A model generated the notes under the pieces. The model did not search any database. It was not told the DNA's origin and saw only the letters and a list, made by a program, of their open reading frames with translations. The translations under genes and the position numbers were made by a program. From Candidatus Zixiibacteriota bacterium (lineage in GTDB: Bacteria; Zixibacteria; MSB-5A5; UBA10806; 4484-95): DNA of 24,269 bases. Positions 8,314 through 16,014 of the stretch are shown here, in pieces. The stretch's first letter is position 1, and the number at the start of each line of letters is the position of its first letter. The DNA is taken from assembly GCA_029932605.1 (NCBI GenBank), contig JAOZPT010000040.1:1-24269 (forward strand). The letters run 5' to 3'.

Positions 8314-9342
8314 TTAAAATTTCCTGTTTATCATAAAGTCGATCATCTGAAGGATAATCTGGTGCTGTTTTTCATCAATAGAACCATCGAGCTTAGAAAA
8401 GTTCATCTTGGCTTTGGTGGCCAGTTCGACAGAAACCTTCATGGCATCTTGTATACAATCATATTCGTTGATAAGCCTCATGACTTTATCTATGTCTTCA
8501 TCTTTTTTCTGGTGGCGTGGTCGGTCTAATATTTCTTTTAAGAATTTTTTATGTTCAGGGTTGGCCTTTTCCATCAGCTCAATGGTAATCAATGTCCTTT
8601 TACCCTCCCAAATATCACCACCTATCTCCTTGCCGTAAATCTCTTCATCACCGACTATATTTAAAATATCATCCTGAATTTGAAAAGCCACTCCCAGATC
8701 CATGCCGAATTTAATGATTATATCTTTGAACTTTTCATCCGCACCGGCAATTAAAGCCCCGGTCCAAGCAGGAGTGATGCATGTATACCAAGATGTTTTT
8801 CGACGACACATATTAAAATAATCTTCCCTGTTCAAATCCCAGCGTTTGTTATGCACCCAGGAGAGTTCTATATGCTGTCCAGCGGTGGTCTGGTTATACA
8901 TATTTAAAAATTGCTCGATGACATCAAGAGCGGTTTCGGTACCGATAATCTGTCGGTTCTTATCAAGAAATTCCCACATCTTTCCCGCTAAGGCATCACC
9001 TGCATTCAAAGCCAGTGGAATGCCATATTTGATATGCAAAGCCGGAAGTCCGCGCCTCAATTCAGAATCATCCTCAATATCATCATGTATAACAATCCAG
9101 TTCTGGAATAGCTCCAGGGCGGCGGCCGTGTTTAAAGCTTTATCGATAATACCACCGAATGCCTGACAGAAAATCAATAGTATCGACGGCCTTAAACCTT
9201 TTCCAGGACGGCAGGGATAGTCGATCATCATCTTAAAAAGATTTTCGATCTCGGGAATGGGATGTGACCTAGGCAAGCGGCTGATGATATAATCATCAAC
9301 CAGTTTTTTATACCTCTTTAAATCTGAGAAAAAATCTGTCAT
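8314..9342 (-). CDS. trans-Polyprenyl diphosphate synthase (GGPP synthase/IdsA-like)
   Basis: GKGLRP, first Asp-rich motif HDDIEDDSELRRG, NAGD, GQ, KT, FQIQDDIL, GKEIGGDIWEGKRT. Start placed at ATG 9342; the ORF-track start 9366 falls inside a promoter-like spacer. Confidence 0.92.
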   Translation of the reverse strand: MTDFFSDLKRYKKLVDDYIISRLPRSHPIPEIENLFKMMIDYPCRPGKGLRPSILLIFCQAFGGIIDKALNTAAALELFQNWIVIHDDIEDDSELRRGLPALHIKYGIPLALNAGDALAGKMWEFLDKNRQIIGTETALDVIEQFLNMYNQTTAGQHIELSWVHNKRWDLNREDYFNMCRRKTSWYTCITPAWTGALIAGADEKFKDIIIKFGMDLGVAFQIQDDILNIVGDEEIYGKEIGGDIWEGKRTLITIELMEKANPEHKKFLKEILDRPRHQKKDEDIDKVMRLINEYDCIQDAMKVSVELATKAKMNFSKLDGSIDEKQHQIILQMIDFMINRKF

Positions 9343-9349
9343 ACACACT

Positions 9350-9377
9350 ATTTTAGGAATTGTCATTAAAAAGTCAA
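9350..9377 (-). promoter_or_regulatory. Probable sigma70-type promoter giving a leaderless or near-leaderless mRNA
   Basis: Minus strand TTGACT (9377-9372) - 16 nt - TAAAAT (9355-9350) - 7 nt - ATG (9342), with no SD sequence. Confidence 0.5.
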
Positions 9378-9896
9378 AGGGTTTTTAGAGTAGTAAAAGA
9401 TTATCTGAAGAGCTTGACGGAAATTTACAATCTTTTAAATATTATTAGAGGTCGAAAAAATGTATTATACCTTGTTATATATTTATTACATGAAATCGCT
9501 TTATTATTTTTACATTCACTGTTACCTGAATATTTTTAATTCCCCGGCCTCTTTTGAATATGTTTTTCTTTTTAATCCTTATGTATTTTCAGACGTTTAC
9601 GATATACCGGGTAGAAAGGTTAAAAACATATTCTTAGCAAAAATAATTATAAGGCCATAGCTGTTAATCCCGGTGTTTATTTCTACGTATTTAAAGCAGG
9701 TGATTTTTACTATAAAGAAAGAATAACACCATAAAAGTGAATAAGCGTTACTTATTATTTACTTTTTTTACTTATATGTTCATTTAATTGTTATTATTGA
9801 GGCCAAACAGAGCTGTTTCTCATTGACTCTTCAACGGGATTTACATTTTCTGCCAATGGAGGGCTCACATATCATTATAGGATTTTTCCCTTGTGA

Positions 9897-12050
9897 TTAT
9901 TTTTTTGCTGGAGCATCTGATGTTGTTTGTAATCTTTTCGCCAGTACATCCTGTATCATATTTTTAATTTTATCGATTTCAAAAGGTTTGCCTAATACTC
10001 CATCAAGCTTGCTCTGGCTTATCATCTCTTCATTGATCTGATGTCCCCAACCTGAGATCATCATCACCGGCACAAAAGGCTTCAATGATTTACAGATACG
10101 CGTGACCTCCCAACCACTCATGCCTGGCATACCCAGATCCGTAATTACAAGATCGAAATTTTCCTTTTTGAAAAGTTTAAGCCCCTCTTCGCCAGAAGGA
10201 GCAGATTTAACATGATGCCCTAGAACTTCAAGAACCTCGGATATGACCTCACGAATATTATCATCATCGTCAATTATAAGTATCGTGGCTCCACGCTCGC
10301 TTACAATCTTAACCGGAGCTTTAGGTTTTTGAATGGTTTCACTGGTTGAAGGAAAAGTAAGCGTTATCTCTGTACCCATTCCGATCTTAGAAGAGACATC
10401 GATGTCACCTTTATGGCGAGTGATAATCCCATAGACTACCGATAATCCCATTCCCGTGCCCTGTTCGCCTCTCGTTGTAAAAAATGGGAAAAATATCCGC
10501 CTCATGACCGATTCGCTCATACCGATACCGTTGTCCTTAATTTTAATGACCGCCTGTTCATCTTCCATCATCGCGGTTATCTCAATAGTGCCACCTTTGG
10601 GCAAGGCATCGATAGCGTTTAATATCAGGTTGGACATGGCCTCGACAAGCTCATTTGGATTCCCCAAAATTGGCCGAAGTTTATTTCGTTTGAAATCTAA
10701 GTTTATAACAACTCCTCTACGCTGGCATTCATCTTTCCAGCGGGGCCTGGTCATTTCAATCGCATCCTCAATAGTCTTTATAAGATCTACATGTTCGAAC
10801 TGACTCTGTCGTGAAACCCTTGTAAAGTTTTGCAATTTTTGAACGGTTTTGGCTCCGGCAAGGGTCACTTTTTCGATAAGTTTCAAGTGCTCGACCCACT
10901 TAGGATTTTCAACCTCGCGCAGAAGTAATTGCGTCTTTCCCAGGATCGCTCCCAACACGTTATTGAAATCATGGGCCACTCCACCCGCCATTTCTCCTAA
11001 GGCTCTGAGCTTCTCGGTCATTATCAACTGTTCCTGGGTATTGGATAATTCCTTGTAGGCTCTCTCAAGGCTCTCAAATAACTTAGCGTTCTCAATAGCA
11101 TCAGCAGTCTGGCGAGCAAAGATTGTCAATATGTCCAGGTCCTCCTGAACGAACTGTTTTCCAGTAGTTGAACGCAATGTTATAGCACCTATTATTTCAC
11201 TAGACCATGTTAAAGGAGCACTGATAAGCGATTCGGGTTCTTTGGGTGTGCCTGGAACATGGTAAACCCGGGGATCGGTTTCGGTATGGTTCGAGATCAA
11301 TCCTATACCATTCTGGGCAACCAAGCCTGTTATACCTTCACCTAGCCGTAAATTGACCTTTGCGATTTTGTCTTCATGTTGCTCATCAATCGTAATTAAC
11401 GGATTCAGCATATTAGATTTTTTATCAAGTATGAATATGGAGCCGCCATCAGCGCCTACTATTCCCATAGAAAGATGAATGGCTTTTTCTAATACTTCTT
11501 TGTAATTTAAAGATGAGTAGATGGCAGTAGAAAGCTCTAATAACGCCGCCAGCTGTGCATTCAGCTCCTGACTTCTTCTTTCTTTCAAAGATAATTTAAA
11601 AGAAAGGGCAACCTGCTCAGTGATAAGGGCTGCTTTCTCAAAAAGGACTTCTGAAAAATTAAACGTTTCATTTTGCCAGCACCAGACCAGATATCCTCCT
11701 CCGATATCCTCTATCTCAAAAGGAGCAGAAAGAACTTTCTGGGATTTGAGCGTTTCAGAAAAAATACAGCAAACCGGATTGTTGATAAAATCACTATTAA
11801 ATCCAAGATTTGGTGAGAAATGTTTTTGTTTATGTGAAATCCAGCTTTGAGGTGCCTTTTCTTGAAGGAGCTTTTCTAATTTGGCAACTAACTTAGAATC
11901 AATTTTTCTGTTGATATATAACTTACAATCAAGTTGTGCTGGATCTATGATTATTATGGCAAAATGGTCTGCTTCAAGATTTCTGGTGGCTCTTGAAGAA
12001 ATAGCTTCATAAATTGGCAATACGAAAATACTATTAAGTATTGACGGCAT
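9897..12050 (-). CDS. Cytoplasmic hybrid histidine kinase: degenerate GAF + GAF + HisKA + HATPase_c + REC
   Basis: GAF (GEGITGLVA...SLISAPL...GAITL...DLDILTIFARQ), H-box GVAHDFNN, N-box NLILNAIDA, DNGIGM, PFFTT, GTGMGL, and REC (IIDDD, ITDLGMP, ISG, KPF). Overlaps the upstream gene by 17 nt. Confidence 0.93.
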   Translation of the reverse strand: MPSILNSIFVLPIYEAISSRATRNLEADHFAIIIIDPAQLDCKLYINRKIDSKLVAKLEKLLQEKAPQSWISHKQKHFSPNLGFNSDFINNPVCCIFSETLKSQKVLSAPFEIEDIGGGYLVWCWQNETFNFSEVLFEKAALITEQVALSFKLSLKERRSQELNAQLAALLELSTAIYSSLNYKEVLEKAIHLSMGIVGADGGSIFILDKKSNMLNPLITIDEQHEDKIAKVNLRLGEGITGLVAQNGIGLISNHTETDPRVYHVPGTPKEPESLISAPLTWSSEIIGAITLRSTTGKQFVQEDLDILTIFARQTADAIENAKLFESLERAYKELSNTQEQLIMTEKLRALGEMAGGVAHDFNNVLGAILGKTQLLLREVENPKWVEHLKLIEKVTLAGAKTVQKLQNFTRVSRQSQFEHVDLIKTIEDAIEMTRPRWKDECQRRGVVINLDFKRNKLRPILGNPNELVEAMSNLILNAIDALPKGGTIEITAMMEDEQAVIKIKDNGIGMSESVMRRIFFPFFTTRGEQGTGMGLSVVYGIITRHKGDIDVSSKIGMGTEITLTFPSTSETIQKPKAPVKIVSERGATILIIDDDDNIREVISEVLEVLGHHVKSAPSGEEGLKLFKKENFDLVITDLGMPGMSGWEVTRICKSLKPFVPVMMISGWGHQINEEMISQSKLDGVLGKPFEIDKIKNMIQDVLAKRLQTTSDAPAKK

Positions 12051-15000
12051 ATAGTTTACCCTTTGAAAATTTCTCTATTAGGTTTTGCAAGCGTTTTAAA
12101 TCTAGTGGCTTCCATAAAACCTCTGGCAACCCCATTGCAGTTAATTCGTTATAGTCCAAACCGATATCACAACTGGTTATCGGCACTACCATGGCTGTTG
12201 GGCAAGCATTTTTAACAAGTTCAAAAACCTGCCAATCCTCTTTATCATGTATATCCATATCGATTAGAATTAGATTAAAAGATTTTGTAAGTAGAATTTT
12301 ACCTGCTTCGTTATAATCTACAACAATAGATACATGTAAGCCCATTTCTTTTAAGAAATCACTCAATTCATTGCGCAGATTACAATCATCCTCAATCAAT
12401 AAGACATCCGCTTTACTGCAAATTTCGACAGTTTTCAATCTGGGCAACGTTATTGTAAATGTTGTTCCCTTACCAGGCTCACTTTCAACTTTGATTTCAC
12501 CTTTATGTCGATTTATAATTCCATAAACCATGGCTAGGCCCAGGCCGGTTCCAAGAGTACCCTTGGTAGTGAAAAACGGGTCAAATATCTTTAGCGTAGT
12601 TTGAGGATCCATTCCTATCCCATCATCACTAACCTTGATTACAATATGCTCATATGTTGTAAGGGCTTCGACTTTTATCGTGCCTTTCACCTCGATCGCA
12701 TCTATGGCGTTGATAATCAAATTGGAAAACACTTCGACCATCTCAGAGCGATTGCCCATAACCACAAGGGAACCGTTGAACTTTGTTTCAACCTTTACCT
12801 GTTTACCGCTTTGAACATTTTCCCATTTCGATCTAGTCATCTCGATAGTGTCTTCTATTATCTCTTTTAATTTTATGGCAGAGAATTTCGTTTCTTGCCT
12901 TGTCTTCGTGAATTCATTTATTCGAGAAAGAATATAAACACCATCGGTTGAAGATTTCTCGATAATTTCAAGGCTTTTAGAAAGCATTTCTTCAGGGATT
13001 TTTCCTTCACGTTTCTTTTTAAGCATTAACATTTGTGCTCGACCGTTTATTGCCGTAAGAATATTTTTAAAATCATGGACTATACCCGCCGCTACTTCTC
13101 CTAAAGCATTAAGCTTTTCACTTTGAATAAGTTGTTGCCGTGTTTTATGGAGACGTTCATAGGCATCTTTGAGTTCGCTATAAAGGATTGCATTGCGCAG
13201 GGCAATTTCCAGGTGCCGGGATACTTCAGATAACAGCCTATGATCTTGAAGGTTAAAACCATCTGGTTCAGGGGTGGCCACTACTAATAGCGCTCTAACA
13301 TTCTCCTTTTGTTTCATAGGAAAAACAGCTATGTAACTTATCCCATGCTTCTGTAAAGATTCATGTAGCCTTTTCGACAGGCGTATTTCCTCTATACTTG
13401 AGTAAATAGGTTCATCATTGACGAAAGCCTTGTGGAAAAGCCTTTCCATTTCCTCTATACCTGACAACTCCCAGCTTTTATTTTGAGAAAAATGGCTTGA
13501 TTTAATAATATATTTCTGCTGTTTTTCCAACACTAATACCATACAATAATAACCTGTGACCTCCGATAAGGCATCAACAATTCTATTGAATAACTCTTTA
13601 GTGTCTAACGTGGCAGATACCGTTCGGTTAATCTGGTTAACCAAACCCAACCTTTCGGCTTTGTCGATTGTTTCACGATATAAGCTTATGTTATTCAGAG
13701 CTACCGCTAAAAAGTCGGCAAATGTCTGCAGTGTATAAAGGTCATTTTGTGAAAATGCTCGGGGACGTTTATCCTGAATGTCTAATACACCATATAAACG
13801 GTCACCAGCAATCAGTGGAATACAATATCGAGAACTTGCACCTTTTATACCGATTGTAGGGTCATCGTCGGCAATTTGAGTTATATAACAACCGCTTTTT
13901 TGCATTAACACTTTCGAAAACAGCCCCTGCCCCTTTTTAAAACACAAACCGGGTTCAAACCCCTGACCAAAACGGCAACTTTGTTGGGCAAGTTTCAAGT
14001 TCCCATTTTTCCATAAAATAAATACAGCCGCCAAATCAAACCCGAATCCTTCGGTTAATCCCCTCACCGCATTTGCTAAAAGGTCAGACTGGTCTAATGT
14101 GCCAGAGAGTTTTTTGACAAGAGTATTGGTCAATGATAGTTTGTTAGCTCGTTCCTTATCGAGTTGTTTGAGTTTTATTTTTTCCATTGCCACGGCGACC
14201 TGGTTCATCAAAGAACTCAATAATATCTCCTCGCGCTTTGAGAAGGCGTACTTATCTTCAGACTCAACATCTAAAACACCAACCACCTCACCATTAAGAA
14301 TTACTGGTATCGCCATTTCCGAGCCCGTATTACCAGTAGATGGGATAAACATATCGTCCTTGCTAACATCATCTACATTGATTGTTTTTTTAAGAGCTGC
14401 CGCACGGCCGGTTATGCCCTCTTTACCAATTTTAAATCGTTTATTTAAAGCATCTTCCTGGTAATGCCCTATAACGGATACCACATAAAGTTCATCTTTT
14501 TCAAAATCTCTTAACAGAATAGCACAATTTTGAATTTTGAAATTCCTGGATATACCATCCAACACTCTTTCGAAAAAGGAAAGCAACGTAAGGTCCGAGT
14601 TTAACGCTTTTCCCACATTAACCATAGTGGTCAACTGAGCGACTTTATCCGATAGAGAAGAATAAAGGCGGGCATTTTCGATAGCAGCGGAAGCCTGGGC
14701 AATAAGGGCAGTACACAAGTCGAGAACTTCTTTGCCCATGCGTGCCCTCTCAGCAGAACGTTGTTCAACTAAAACTAGTATGCCAACAAGTCTTTTATTG
14801 TGTTTCAAAGGTGCTATCAGGACACCGGCACTACCACTTATTTTAAGAATATCTTTGTCCTTTTGCGGATATCCTTTTATCTCTTCACTTCCTAAAAGAA
14901 CCGGTGTCTCAAAAGCGATAATTTCCTTAAGCCAGGTCATATTTTCAATATCAATAATCTTTTCCTCCGGCTCAAATACGGGAGTTTTTCTTTCCGAATA

Positions 15001-16014
15001 ACATTGCTGAACATACATCTCTTTCTGACGGCCACGACTTAATAGTAAATAACTATAACTGCAACCAAAAGACTTACCAATATCAGACACCAGTATCCTG
15101 CATACATCATCTAGGCTGAGCGAAGACGATATCGCCAAAGATGTTTTAATCAGCATTTCAATTTTTCTGTTTTCACAAGCTACTATACGATTATTACGAT
15201 GGTTTTCGTAAAACCAGCAGGCAGCGATATTCACGAAATCAAGTTTCGGATAGTATTCCTCGCGGTGTTTTGGAACATCTTTATGAAAGAAAATCAACAA
15301 CCCAACAGGAAAGCCCTGAGGCATAAGGGGTAAAAGCCAGGCGGCTTTAAAACCATAAAACAACTCCTGGCAATTGCCCGGTATACTATTGATATCCCTG
15401 ATAAATCTTGGCATATTTCTTTCAAAAAGCTCTGAGACAATTCCCTTTAACTCAAGTGTATAATTTTCCTGTGAATTTGGTATTATGCCGCTGTAGCCAC
15501 GGAGACTTATACAACCGTTATGATCTATTATAAAAATAACCCCGGCACTGAAATCTAAGTGTTCACAGGCTAAGTCGAGAAGATGCCTGTAGCCCAGTGT
15601 AAGGGTGTTCTCCTCACTAATATCATCTTTCATCTGCTGAAAAAGCTTAATAACATCAGTACCCATCCCGATTGTTTTATTCTTAGCACCGGCCGGACGT
15701 TTTCTTTCATTGTCTTTTTGCATGGAGGATAACCCATTACTACCAGTTTTAGAATCTAATTCCCGATTTTTAAAATGTACGTATTTATGTTTTAACATCT
15801 TAATCAACACAAATACCAAAATGACCACACACAACAATGATAGAATTGGAACAAGTTTTAGAGTGCTACACAACTTTGGCGATGGTGAATACCCGCCATC
15901 AGTCACAGTCAGAATATTGCCCTGAGCAATAAAAAACAGGGTAAATGCTATCCCAATAGATACCAACTTTTTTACATCCATTCGATTTTTGTCTGGACCT
16001 GACGATTTATTCAT
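12034..16014 (-). CDS. Membrane-anchored hybrid histidine kinase: 2 TM + about 5 GAF + HisKA + HATPase_c + divergent REC
   Basis: Two N-terminal hydrophobic segments and five repeats of the GAF signature (xxPL/V...GxLxx...F...D/E..L...A.A..N). H-box GIVHDFKN, NLIINAIDA, DDGIGM, DPFFTTK, GTGLGL. REC LIEDD/LILID/ITS/KP. ATGA overlap with the upstream gene. Confidence 0.93.
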   Translation of the reverse strand: MNKSSGPDKNRMDVKKLVSIGIAFTLFFIAQGNILTVTDGGYSPSPKLCSTLKLVPILSLLCVVILVFVLIKMLKHKYVHFKNRELDSKTGSNGLSSMQKDNERKRPAGAKNKTIGMGTDVIKLFQQMKDDISEENTLTLGYRHLLDLACEHLDFSAGVIFIIDHNGCISLRGYSGIIPNSQENYTLELKGIVSELFERNMPRFIRDINSIPGNCQELFYGFKAAWLLPLMPQGFPVGLLIFFHKDVPKHREEYYPKLDFVNIAACWFYENHRNNRIVACENRKIEMLIKTSLAISSSLSLDDVCRILVSDIGKSFGCSYSYLLLSRGRQKEMYVQQCYSERKTPVFEPEEKIIDIENMTWLKEIIAFETPVLLGSEEIKGYPQKDKDILKISGSAGVLIAPLKHNKRLVGILVLVEQRSAERARMGKEVLDLCTALIAQASAAIENARLYSSLSDKVAQLTTMVNVGKALNSDLTLLSFFERVLDGISRNFKIQNCAILLRDFEKDELYVVSVIGHYQEDALNKRFKIGKEGITGRAAALKKTINVDDVSKDDMFIPSTGNTGSEMAIPVILNGEVVGVLDVESEDKYAFSKREEILLSSLMNQVAVAMEKIKLKQLDKERANKLSLTNTLVKKLSGTLDQSDLLANAVRGLTEGFGFDLAAVFILWKNGNLKLAQQSCRFGQGFEPGLCFKKGQGLFSKVLMQKSGCYITQIADDDPTIGIKGASSRYCIPLIAGDRLYGVLDIQDKRPRAFSQNDLYTLQTFADFLAVALNNISLYRETIDKAERLGLVNQINRTVSATLDTKELFNRIVDALSEVTGYYCMVLVLEKQQKYIIKSSHFSQNKSWELSGIEEMERLFHKAFVNDEPIYSSIEEIRLSKRLHESLQKHGISYIAVFPMKQKENVRALLVVATPEPDGFNLQDHRLLSEVSRHLEIALRNAILYSELKDAYERLHKTRQQLIQSEKLNALGEVAAGIVHDFKNILTAINGRAQMLMLKKKREGKIPEEMLSKSLEIIEKSSTDGVYILSRINEFTKTRQETKFSAIKLKEIIEDTIEMTRSKWENVQSGKQVKVETKFNGSLVVMGNRSEMVEVFSNLIINAIDAIEVKGTIKVEALTTYEHIVIKVSDDGIGMDPQTTLKIFDPFFTTKGTLGTGLGLAMVYGIINRHKGEIKVESEPGKGTTFTITLPRLKTVEICSKADVLLIEDDCNLRNELSDFLKEMGLHVSIVVDYNEAGKILLTKSFNLILIDMDIHDKEDWQVFELVKNACPTAMVVPITSCDIGLDYNELTAMGLPEVLWKPLDLKRLQNLIEKFSKGKLYAVNT

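Noticed and set aside
9460..9660. 66 aa Tyr/Phe-rich ORF with upstream GAGGT
   Set aside because: The composition simply reflects AT-rich DNA and there is no recognisable family. It is kept only as part of the unexplained-gap finding.
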